Below are positions 1 through 8,035 of a stretch of DNA of 24,175 nt, in pieces. Position numbers and translations under genes: made by a program. The stretch comes from a virus (taxonomy: Duplodnaviria; Caudoviricetes): IMG/VR virus record IMGVR_UViG_3300013120_000407, positions 1 to 24,175 of that record. One strand, given 5' to 3'. Under the pieces are notes generated by a model. The model worked only from the letters and a program-made list of their open reading frames with translations. It ran no database searches and was not told where the DNA came from. Positions within the stretch are counted from its first letter, which is position 1. Every line of letters begins with the position of its first letter.

Positions 1-299
1 TGGGCCGCGGTCATCTCCCGCCAGTACGGCAGTAGGACCCGCGCATCCCGGTACAACTCGGACGCCCTGGCCACGGGCAGCACCACGGCCCCGCACTCGG
101 CCACCCCCACCGCATCCACGTAAGGAGCTGGGGACCCGGGGACCAGGGCAGACTCCGCCGGACAATCCCCTTCCGCCACCTCGAGCAGGGTCAAAACCGG
201 GGGTGTGGTGTCTGGGATCGCGGACGTGTACACCGCCACGGACTTGGGGGCGCACCCTACCACCAGCAAAACCAGCAGCAGGGGGACCAGCCGAGTCAT
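1..299 (-). CDS. Lipoprotein, o-spanin-like (partial, runs off the window edge)
   Basis: Not in the ORF track. My translation from ATG 299, which overlaps the TGA of the upstream gene: MTRLVPLLLVLLVVG-CAPKSVAVYTSAIPDTTPPV..., open to position 1. Signal peptide with lipobox VVG-C, Pro-rich, last gene of the lysis cassette. Confidence 0.65.
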   Translation of the reverse strand, partial: MTRLVPLLLVLLVVGCAPKSVAVYTSAIPDTTPPVLTLLEVAEGDCPAESALVPGSPAPYVDAVGVAECGAVVLPVARASELYRDARVLLPYWREMTAA

Positions 300-565
300 G
301 GTGCGGCCCCAAACAGCTTGGCCAGCTCGCGGGCCTGGGTCCCGATGTCCGGCTGGTCCATGGCCCGCTGGACCTTGGCGTCCGCGGCCACCAGGTCCCG
401 CTGGATACGCTCCACCCGCCGCCCCTCCGTGGATGGAACGTGGAGTGGCAAATGGCCGGGGGGACGGCGGGGGAGCAAAAACACGAGAGACCCCACCATA
501 CCAGCGGCCAGGACGAACACGCCGCCCAGCAACCACCACAGCCAGGTGGGGACCGTCAGGGTCAT
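296..565 (-). CDS. Single-TM membrane protein, i-spanin-like (89 aa)
   Basis: True start is probably ATG 565 (ATGA overlap with the holin stop), not 952. N-terminal TM WLWWLLGGVFVLAAGMVGSLVFLL followed by a helical segment (RRVERIQRDLVAADAKVQRAM); lies between the holin and a lipoprotein. Confidence 0.6.
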   Translation of the reverse strand: MTLTVPTWLWWLLGGVFVLAAGMVGSLVFLLPRRPPGHLPLHVPSTEGRRVERIQRDLVAADAKVQRAMDQPDIGTQARELAKLFGAAP

Positions 566-849
566 GGTTCGCCGGCCGCCTGGTGGTAGTGGACGTTGGC
601 CGCCTGGGAGCTGGTCAGCCCACCAGACCCATAGTCCCGCAGGGCCATGGACCCGGCACCACACCCCGCCACCGCCGCAATGGACGGAACCAGGACCTGC
701 AAGGCTGTGAGTAACGGGGCCACGTGGTCCGCGCGGTCCACGGACCACAGACAGAACACCAGGGCTCCCAGCAGAAACGCCCCGATCAGCAGCAGCCCCA
801 GCAGCCCCACGGCCGCCAGGGCAAACGTCCTCGAGAACTGGACTTTCAC
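562..849 (-). CDS. Putative holin (about 95 aa, 2 hydrophobic segments)
   Basis: GTG 849 overlaps the endolysin TGA (ORF track uses 864). Hydrophobic FALAAVGLLGLLLIGAFLLGALVFCLW and PLLTALQVLVPSIAAVAGCGAG; immediately follows the endolysin. Confidence 0.6.
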   Translation of the reverse strand: MKVQFSRTFALAAVGLLGLLLIGAFLLGALVFCLWSVDRADHVAPLLTALQVLVPSIAAVAGCGAGSMALRDYGSGGLTSSQAANVHYHQAAGEP

Positions 850-1397
850 GGCGTGTCCCTCCAATCCACCACGCCCATGGCGATGGCTTTCCCCAGATCC
901 CCGGAGGCCCTCTTGAGCGTGGCCACGGCGGTGTCCTGATCGTTGCTCCCAAAGTAGGATTCGACGATCACGGCCGGGGCTTTCGTCCGGGTCAGGATCT
1001 TGAGCTCTTTCCCACGGTCATTGTGGGTCTGTTGCTTGACCCCGCGGTCCCGCAGCCCCAGGCACTGCACCACGTGGTGCTGGATGCGGGACGCCAGGTC
1101 CTGACCCAGGAGGCTGGCCGGGTGGCAAAGGGTCTCCGTACCCGTGGCCGCAGCAGGCCCACCGTTGAAGTGCAAGGAAACCACGGCCGCCACCTGGTCC
1201 CGGTTCAGGAGCTGTGCGAGCTCGCCGTATCCAGCAGAGTGGTTTGGCCGTTCGTACACCTCGGCGGGCACCCCGTACACCAACAATGCGGCCTTGACGT
1301 CCGCGGCCAGCTGGGTATTCCAGGTGTACTCCGTCTGTCCGTGGGTGTTGCGGGCACCCTGGGAGGACAGCCGGTGGCCGATGACGATCGCGATCAT
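846..1397 (-). CDS. Endolysin, N-acetylmuramoyl-L-alanine amidase (Amidase_3 family)
   Basis: Zinc amidase motifs in the expected order: IVIGH, TEYTWN, VSLHFNG, ATGTET, LRDRGVK, ILTRTKAPAVIVESYF. Catalytic domain only. Confidence 0.92.
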   Translation of the reverse strand: MIAIVIGHRLSSQGARNTHGQTEYTWNTQLAADVKAALLVYGVPAEVYERPNHSAGYGELAQLLNRDQVAAVVSLHFNGGPAAATGTETLCHPASLLGQDLASRIQHHVVQCLGLRDRGVKQQTHNDRGKELKILTRTKAPAVIVESYFGSNDQDTAVATLKRASGDLGKAIAMGVVDWRDTP

Positions 1398-1714
1398 CGG
1401 CCGTTCCCATGACCGCGGCCGGTAACAACATCACGATTCACAGTTTTGTCCGTTTCCATTTCGGCCGCACGCAATTGCCACCGCTCACGGGTGGCGGCGG
1501 TAACCTCGTCGTCCCACTCGGCCGGCTCGACGGGACGAGGCCAATGGGCAGGTATGGACACCCGGCGAAAATCAACCCCCGCGGGGTATTCCTCTATGCC
1601 ATGCGGCCCGACGATACGGACCACGGCATCCGATCCTTCAACAACTTCGCAGCCTTCCCAGTACGAAGCTCGACGAATCGGCTGGCCGTTGGAAAATGGT
1701 ACGAGTGCGAACAT
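1394..1714 (-). CDS. Hypothetical protein, possible tail-fibre assembly or accessory protein (106 aa)
   Basis: Start re-called at ATG 1714 (MFALVPFSNG...), preceded by GGAGGG just after the fibre gene stop; its stop overlaps the endolysin ATG. Function is by position only. Confidence 0.55.
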   Translation of the reverse strand: MFALVPFSNGQPIRRASYWEGCEVVEGSDAVVRIVGPHGIEEYPAGVDFRRVSIPAHWPRPVEPAEWDDEVTAATRERWQLRAAEMETDKTVNRDVVTGRGHGNGR

Positions 1715-1722
1715 GATCCCTC

Positions 1723-2538
1723 CTAGACCATCGAAACTTTGATGTCTTTGATCACACCCTTCACCCGGCCGCCGTTCTTGGCGCGGATCCAGATGTACAG
1801 GTGCGGCGTGGTAGCGTCCCCGTCCCGACAATGCATGGTCGTCTGTGTCAGACCGGCGGATTCGCTGAGGTTGGTTCCGTCGAAGAATTGGCACTCCTGG
1901 TGACCAACCTCGTCAATGACGCGCAACTGACCTTCACTGTTCCAGCCGGTGGCCGCAGTCGTGCCCGCGCCGCTGGCTCCGGAGTTGTTGACCTCGCGGC
2001 CCGTCAACAGTCGGACAGTCCCCGAGTCATTGTAGAACGCTCCAGAACAATTTTCCGTGTCTCCGCCACCGCCCGCCGTGACGTTGCGAACACGAAAGCT
2101 GATCGTGTCGTCGTTGACATCAAGGTTGTCAAGGTCGATCGTGGCGGTAACGACGATCAAGCTCGCCTTGTTCAAATCGGGCAGGCCCTCAGCGGACAGG
2201 GCGCGGTAGAGGTGGACCTGCTTGTCGGCACCGCTGCCAGACAGATCGAAGCTGATCTGGGAACTCCCCACTTCCAGCGTGGTGGCGTCCGTGACGTCGC
2301 CGTAAGCAAAAATCAGACTGGTTGGATCTTGAGAGCTGTCACCATTGGCTTGCCAGTCATAGGTCCCAGACAAGTCCGCATCCCACACTACAATATCGCC
2401 AAGCCCGTCTGGATCCTCCTCACTCCAACCGGACCCACTGCGCTTGGGAATGTAACCATCCGTGAGATCCGAATACTTGATCCCCTCTTGAGTCAAAGCC
2501 TTCAGTGCATTGACGACTGTGCGGCCAAGGTGCAACAT
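1723..2538 (-). CDS. Putative short tail fibre / receptor-binding protein (271 aa)
   Basis: RBS AGGAGG; DGYIPKRSGSGW resembles short fibre-shaft motifs; the rest is G/S/T/D-rich and beta-strand-like; lies between tail hub and lysis genes. Confidence 0.5.
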   Translation of the reverse strand: MLHLGRTVVNALKALTQEGIKYSDLTDGYIPKRSGSGWSEEDPDGLGDIVVWDADLSGTYDWQANGDSSQDPTSLIFAYGDVTDATTLEVGSSQISFDLSGSGADKQVHLYRALSAEGLPDLNKASLIVVTATIDLDNLDVNDDTISFRVRNVTAGGGGDTENCSGAFYNDSGTVRLLTGREVNNSGASGAGTTAATGWNSEGQLRVIDEVGHQECQFFDGTNLSESAGLTQTTMHCRDGDATTPHLYIWIRAKNGGRVKGVIKDIKVSMV

Positions 2539-2539
2539 T

Positions 2540-2740
2540 CTATTTTCCTCCTGATTTCAGGGCTTTCCGTACTTTGCTGATGCGGTCCGCTTTGCGGCCG
2601 TGGGTGGGCCATGCGATCCCAGCAACGTGGCATCTTGCGGCCCATTCGTCCATTGTCTTTTTGTCGTTGGTGGGATCGGCCAGCCACGCCCGATCAGCAG
2701 ATGGTTCCTGCGGACGACCTGCCCCGATATGGTGTCGCAT
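2540..2740 (-). CDS. Small basic protein, HeH/Rho_N-like (66 aa)
   Basis: RBS GGAGG upstream; its stop is 1 bp from the next ATG; KKTMDEWAARCHVAGIAWPTHGRKADRISKV follows the TxxELxxxxxxxGIxxxxxxxKADLI pattern. Confidence 0.5.
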   Translation of the reverse strand: MRHHIGAGRPQEPSADRAWLADPTNDKKTMDEWAARCHVAGIAWPTHGRKADRISKVRKALKSGGK

Positions 2741-2802
2741 GCTACGATCCTCCAGGGAACATCCCGCGGGCCCGCCCGTAGTACCTGGAAACGGAGGACT
2801 GA

Positions 2803-3168
2803 ATGCGAGATCGGTTATTGGTTCTGGCCCTGGGCCTGCTGGCCCTGGGGTGTGTGTCTGCCACCGACGACGACGACAGCAGCGGAACAGGAGATGTCAG
2901 CTGGTCCGGCAACAACGGTGCCCAATACGAGCTGCAAACACTCCACCTCGATTCAGGCGAATCAGGGGACGTGTGCGATTTGGTGGCCTGGCAAGTGTGG
3001 CAATGCGTCCGCGATGACAACGGATGGCACGAAGCCTGCAACGATGTCACTGCGGAGTTTTCCCTCTGTGATGGTTGCCTGTGCAACAAACCACCCAACT
3101 GGGATGACTTTGGAGCTCTCGAGGCTGGGCCCACCGGGCTGACCATCGTGACCTGGCATCCCATCTAG
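2803..3168 (+). CDS. Cys-rich lipoprotein on the opposite strand (moron-like)
   Basis: RBS GGAGG 5 nt upstream; MRDRLLVLALGLLALG-C signal peptide with lipobox; acidic linker TDDDDSSG; six further Cys. The only convincing plus-strand gene. Confidence 0.8.
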   Translation: MRDRLLVLALGLLALGCVSATDDDDSSGTGDVSWSGNNGAQYELQTLHLDSGESGDVCDLVAWQVWQCVRDDNGWHEACNDVTAEFSLCDGCLCNKPPNWDDFGALEAGPTGLTIVTWHPI

Positions 3169-4796
3169 ACCACCCCCCCCAGAACACCCATGTGCCCCTG
3201 CAGTCCAACGGGCATCCGCCCATCGGACAACCACGGGCGAGACACCACCAGGCACGGGCGGTTGTTGATGCTGCGGCCGACGTCAGTCAAGGCCACCACG
3301 TCCCCAGGATCGAGCTGGCCCGCAATCTCCTGGTCCACGTCGTAAGACAGGAGATCCCATTGCAGACCCCGCCGCCGGATCTCCGTGGCCGCAATCAACC
3401 CAGCCGTGGACGCGTCCTGGACATGGGGGGCCGCGAGCTCGTAACAGATGTTGGTCCGCTGCTGCAGCCATGCGCGGCGGGCCTGGAAGCTGCGGCGGGC
3501 ATCCGCGTCCTGGTCCAGCGTAACATCATCGCCGGTCAAAACCAGGCGGGCCGTGGGCTCACCCTCCCGCGGATCGTGGTGGTAGGAAACGGTCACCTCT
3601 GTGGCCACCTCGTTTCGGGACGTGGTGGTCACAGGTCCCGCCCGCTCACAGTTCAACCCCTCTTTCAAATGAACCCGCGCATCCTCGGCCGTGGACTTGA
3701 GATCCCACACCACGAAGTAGAGACCGCGGGGGCCGATACGGGGACTGACCGGAAGTATGGGTAACAGATTGTCCTGGACCCAGTGGTAAGGGCTGATACG
3801 GGACCCGGGGTCCGCAACCACGTAGGTATCGATCTTGTATTCGTTGAGACGGGCCCGCACAGCCGCCAGGCGGCCCGCATCAAATCGCACGGTGGATTGC
3901 CGCAGCCACCAGATCAGCAGGTCACCAGCACCCCGCAGGGGCTCGGAACCGTCGAACGGCGAGACATGCCCCCAGGCCCGTGCGCCACCGCTGTACCAGT
4001 TGATCCACACTTCGTCCCCGGCCGCCAGCCAGCCAAGCGCGGGTTCCACATAGGCAATCATCCTGCCGTGACCGTCTTGCATGTACTGGACAGCTCGGAC
4101 AGCCTGCGTTCCTTGCGTGACGTTGACCACGTCCACGTTGCTGGCCAGGGGACAGGCATGGCCCGCAATCAAGATTTTCATGGGGGCGGATGCGGTATCG
4201 ACGATTAAACCCGGCGTCCAGGTGTCCGTGGTCGTGGTGGTCCCGGGACCGCCGAACACCCAAGGATAGAACTCCCCCTCGATTGCCGGGTCATGGTTGG
4301 CCCAGCTGTCCGCGTCCACCTTGGCATTTGACGCTGGCCACAAGGACCGATCCTGGACGGGGTCCTCTTCCAACGTGACTACGATCGGGGTCTCCGGAAG
4401 ATCCCATGTGGGGTCCATCATGTCCCCCTCGATCACGTCCAGGACCGTGGTGGTTCCCCGCGGCCACAGCCGCAGGCGACCCGTTGCCGTGGCCAGGTTA
4501 TGGCCCTCGGAAATGCGGGCGGGGACATCCAGTTCCGGGTACAGGTGCAAGGTCAAGGACGCGCGCTTGGACTCCAGGGTGTCCTGCAGCAAGGACAAAT
4601 CGTCCGGTTGCTCCTCCCCCCACTCGAGGCCATCGAAGCACTCAACGTCCGCGCCATCTGGCCCAGCGGGTACATCCGTCTCTCTTGACCGAGACAGATA
4701 CAGGGTTTCCCCCGCCCAGGTAAACTCACAGATCCACACCAGCTCCTGGCCCCGCAGGTCCGCAAGGCTGAATCCGCCTGGCGCAATCTCCGTCAT
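3165..4796 (-). CDS. Tail tip / baseplate hub protein (543 aa)
   Basis: Second gene after the tape measure; C-terminal EVTVSY...LDPGDVVALTD pattern typical of tail-tip hub proteins; ATGA-coupled to the upstream gene. Confidence 0.65.
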   Translation of the reverse strand: MTEIAPGGFSLADLRGQELVWICEFTWAGETLYLSRSRETDVPAGPDGADVECFDGLEWGEEQPDDLSLLQDTLESKRASLTLHLYPELDVPARISEGHNLATATGRLRLWPRGTTTVLDVIEGDMMDPTWDLPETPIVVTLEEDPVQDRSLWPASNAKVDADSWANHDPAIEGEFYPWVFGGPGTTTTTDTWTPGLIVDTASAPMKILIAGHACPLASNVDVVNVTQGTQAVRAVQYMQDGHGRMIAYVEPALGWLAAGDEVWINWYSGGARAWGHVSPFDGSEPLRGAGDLLIWWLRQSTVRFDAGRLAAVRARLNEYKIDTYVVADPGSRISPYHWVQDNLLPILPVSPRIGPRGLYFVVWDLKSTAEDARVHLKEGLNCERAGPVTTTSRNEVATEVTVSYHHDPREGEPTARLVLTGDDVTLDQDADARRSFQARRAWLQQRTNICYELAAPHVQDASTAGLIAATEIRRRGLQWDLLSYDVDQEIAGQLDPGDVVALTDVGRSINNRPCLVVSRPWLSDGRMPVGLQGHMGVLGGVV

Positions 4797-7700
4797 TCGT
4801 GGGGGAGCTCCCGGAAGATGATTTCATTCAGGCGGGCCAACTCGGTGTCCCCCTCTTCCCCCTGCACGTTTTCCCGGGTGGGGTGCGTGTGGATGCGGCC
4901 GATCGCGAACAACTCTGCATCATTGAGAAGTTTGGACCCCGTGCCGGCGGACAGCTGCAGCAGCAGCACACCCACACCCTTGGCCCCCTCTTCCCGCTCG
5001 AGCCAGCCGGTGATGGCCCGCAGGGTATCCGCTGGGGTAGCGATGGCCTCCCCGCCCGCGCTGCCGGCGATGTAGTCGGGGGATGGGTCCGTCTCCCATG
5101 CCTGGGATTCGTCCACGGCCGTCCGCATCCAGGCAAACCCAAACTCCCTGCGGGTGGGGCCGTGCTTGCGTGCGTAGTCCGTACCGTCCTTGCGTTCGAT
5201 AACTTCCACGTTGTGCTGGGCCGTGGTCGGCCGTTCCCAATCGTAGGCCCGCCCGAACACCAGGACATCCCCAACCACGATGGTTCCGATCTCGTAGTAC
5301 CCTTCCGCGGTCTTCTGGGCAGGAATGTAGATCCGATAGTAGTCGGGGTTGTTGGTATACTCGTGGACCGTGCCCAGGTGGTTGGGCATGGACAACCGCC
5401 CGGACAATCCGGACGCGGCCTCCGCGCCGTTGATGGTGTCCTGGGCGATGGTCAGCATGGGGCGCTTGGTGGTGCCGCCAGACCCCACCCAGCTGCCGGA
5501 CGTATTGGCCTCGATCCGCTTGTACCGGGCCGCGTCCGCGCCAGCTCCCATGTCCCACTGCGCACCGCGGGCCGCGTTGTACCAAAGCCACTGGGAAGCC
5601 TGGGTGGTCTGGCCCGTGTCCGGATGCAGCTTGCGGCCATCCCTGGTGTAGGCCAGGGATGTGAATCCCGCAGCTCCGTTGAGGGCCACCACGTCCGTCC
5701 ACGCAGCTCCCGTCCACCGCTGTAGTTTGGCCTCCCGGACGTTGGTATTAAACAACGCCAGACCCAGGGTGGAGCTGTCAAACCGTGTGTTGGAAAACGA
5801 GCTCTCCAGGTCGAACACCAAAGCCACGTCCACGTTGTGCGCGGTGGACCTCCATGTCCGCTGGGGACTTGGGTGCGTGTTCGGGAAAACGGCGGCAATC
5901 GGGTAGTCGTAATCCGCTTCAATGTCCTGGGTTTCCCCGATGTGCGAGGGCCCGGACGTCGCCTGAATCTTGACCCCATCGAAGATCAACGCGGGCAGCG
6001 TCGGCCAGCTCTTGCCGTGGATGTGCGTGGGATTCGTCCACGCGGTGCCCGGGTTGTGGGTGGCCCGTTCGTTGTACCGGGTACACCAGTTGTTGTAGCC
6101 AAACAGGGACCACCAGCTGTCATTGGCTGCGTTGGCCAGGTGGCCCCACTCGTAGGTGTTGTTGGTGGCATAGGGACCGCCTGTGTCCGTGGCGTCTCCC
6201 CCCGGTCCCTCGGCAAACTCCCGGACGTGGGCCTTGTGTGCCCAAAACGTCTTGACCTTGTCCACACCGCCGGCACCCTTGGACATGGTGATTCGCACCA
6301 TGGTCTCCTGGGTGAAATCCACGGATTCGTCCGAGCCGATCTGCGCACCCGCCACATTGTCCCACAGCCGATAGGCCGTGTCCGAGATCCGCAGCGAGAT
6401 GTCACGCTCATAGGCCGCGGCGTCCGAGTGGATGATCCGCACAGCGATGTCATCGGACCCAAGGGCCCCATCCCCCGTGTCCACCCGCACGTGGAATTCC
6501 ACGTTGATGGCATCGGGGTCCTCGGCCTCGGTGCGCGTGTAGTTTCGCTGTTGGGCCAAGGCCGTATTGACGTTCATCTCGCCCGTGGAGCCCAGCGTGT
6601 CCGTCCCCAGGCCACCGACCGCCCAGATTGCCCCGATGTTCCCGGGCTCCTCTATCGCGGTCCACAAAATCCCCGCGTAGGTCCAGTCACCCCGCCAATG
6701 CAGGTAGTCCCGATCGTCAAACTCCGTGGCCTCCCAGCTGGCGGGGTGGGTGTGGCGAGAAAATCCACCCAGCTCGAGGACCGCCACGGTTTCCTGGTGG
6801 TATGCAGTAACCGAGCTCTCGAAATGGGTAACGAAGAACGCACGGCCGCCCGTGCTGCAGCAGGACCCGGACAGCTCGTATTCCGTGTTGGTGCCATACC
6901 ACCAGGATGTGGTCCGGCTATCCTCCCAGGTATACCCACCATCATGGGACGTGGTGAGCGTGGCCCCCGGCCATACACCCCCGAAGATGGCCTCCCCAGC
7001 CAGGCTGTACCAGGTGCCGTCTTCATCCATCCAGATGGTCAGGAAGAACGCCCCATCCACTCCGTCTATGTCGATCTCCTCCTGGTCCGTGACGTCCGAA
7101 AACGCGGAATCCACGTGGCGAACATCCGCGTTGTATCCAACGATAAACCCACCGCCCGGCTTGGCCACCACGTTGACGTGCCATGCTGTGTTTGCGGTGG
7201 CCGTGTGATAGTCCTCCATGACCATGACAAACGACTGCCCCTGATCGTCGCTGCCATGCTGATCGAACGTGTACGTGGGGCCAGCCTTGGCATACCCCAC
7301 CAACAACAGGACCTCGTCCCCGTCGCAGGCGGCCCGGACCTCGGTGATGGTCTGGGCACATGGAGTATCCAGCACGCGGGCCGAGTACAAATCCCAGGTT
7401 TCCCCGTCGTCATCCGAGTGGAACGCGTCCACCTGATCATCGCTGCGGGCCATGTACAGCACAACTCGGCCGCTATCCAGCTGGACAATGGTGGAGGCCA
7501 CGACCGTGGCCACGATGTCCGATGCAGCGGTGACCTCGTATCCGGTCCACGCAGCCGTGGTGGGATCGTATTTGTAGACGTGGTTGGGGTTGGCCCCCTG
7601 CGTTTCGATTCCGCAGACCAGCAACTCCCCGGACTGCAGCCGGATGACGTGTGGGACCAGGACGGGGTCCGCTGCTACGGACGCATACAGGTAGTCAAAC

Positions 7701-8035
7701 CCTGTGACCGTACAGTATGGATCCCATCCCTTGTAATCGTCGGACCCGTCTCCAGCGTCCATGTCCCGCCAGCCCATCCGTCCCCGGCCGGACGGCCCAG
7801 GATGACCTGCGCGCAAAGTGCGAACCTTCAGGTGGCCATCCTCGGATTGCGTGCCGCTGGTGGCCAGGGTGAGATGGGTGTCCTGTGCGGCCACCGCTCC
7901 ACCAGGCCGGGGGCCAGCCTGCGTGTAACTGCTGTCCGTGGCTCCCGCACCCTTGGCCTGCAGGGTATCCGTTGAGATCCGCTCGTCCTGGCGTATCAGA
8001 CCCTGGGACTGGCTGGGTACGGTCTCGGTTCCCAT
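4793..8035 (-). CDS. Large tail protein with Asp-box (BNR) beta-propeller and probable distal-tail-like C-terminus (1080 aa)
   Basis: Directly after the tape measure (TAATG overlap). Asp-boxes SDDDGETW, SDDQGQSF, SHDGGYTW; C-terminal ~150 aa (HNVEVIERKDGTDYARKHGPTRREFGFAW) resembles distal tail proteins. Confidence 0.7.
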   Translation of the reverse strand: MGTETVPSQSQGLIRQDERISTDTLQAKGAGATDSSYTQAGPRPGGAVAAQDTHLTLATSGTQSEDGHLKVRTLRAGHPGPSGRGRMGWRDMDAGDGSDDYKGWDPYCTVTGFDYLYASVAADPVLVPHVIRLQSGELLVCGIETQGANPNHVYKYDPTTAAWTGYEVTAASDIVATVVASTIVQLDSGRVVLYMARSDDQVDAFHSDDDGETWDLYSARVLDTPCAQTITEVRAACDGDEVLLLVGYAKAGPTYTFDQHGSDDQGQSFVMVMEDYHTATANTAWHVNVVAKPGGGFIVGYNADVRHVDSAFSDVTDQEEIDIDGVDGAFFLTIWMDEDGTWYSLAGEAIFGGVWPGATLTTSHDGGYTWEDSRTTSWWYGTNTEYELSGSCCSTGGRAFFVTHFESSVTAYHQETVAVLELGGFSRHTHPASWEATEFDDRDYLHWRGDWTYAGILWTAIEEPGNIGAIWAVGGLGTDTLGSTGEMNVNTALAQQRNYTRTEAEDPDAINVEFHVRVDTGDGALGSDDIAVRIIHSDAAAYERDISLRISDTAYRLWDNVAGAQIGSDESVDFTQETMVRITMSKGAGGVDKVKTFWAHKAHVREFAEGPGGDATDTGGPYATNNTYEWGHLANAANDSWWSLFGYNNWCTRYNERATHNPGTAWTNPTHIHGKSWPTLPALIFDGVKIQATSGPSHIGETQDIEADYDYPIAAVFPNTHPSPQRTWRSTAHNVDVALVFDLESSFSNTRFDSSTLGLALFNTNVREAKLQRWTGAAWTDVVALNGAAGFTSLAYTRDGRKLHPDTGQTTQASQWLWYNAARGAQWDMGAGADAARYKRIEANTSGSWVGSGGTTKRPMLTIAQDTINGAEAASGLSGRLSMPNHLGTVHEYTNNPDYYRIYIPAQKTAEGYYEIGTIVVGDVLVFGRAYDWERPTTAQHNVEVIERKDGTDYARKHGPTRREFGFAWMRTAVDESQAWETDPSPDYIAGSAGGEAIATPADTLRAITGWLEREEGAKGVGVLLLQLSAGTGSKLLNDAELFAIGRIHTHPTRENVQGEEGDTELARLNEIIFRELPHE

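Noticed and set aside
2741-3168. Lipoprotein gene as an invertible segment
   Set aside because: The TCCTCC/GGAGGA symmetry in 2748-2798 is explained by two divergent RBSs; no matching inverted repeat at the 3168 end and no recombinase in the window.
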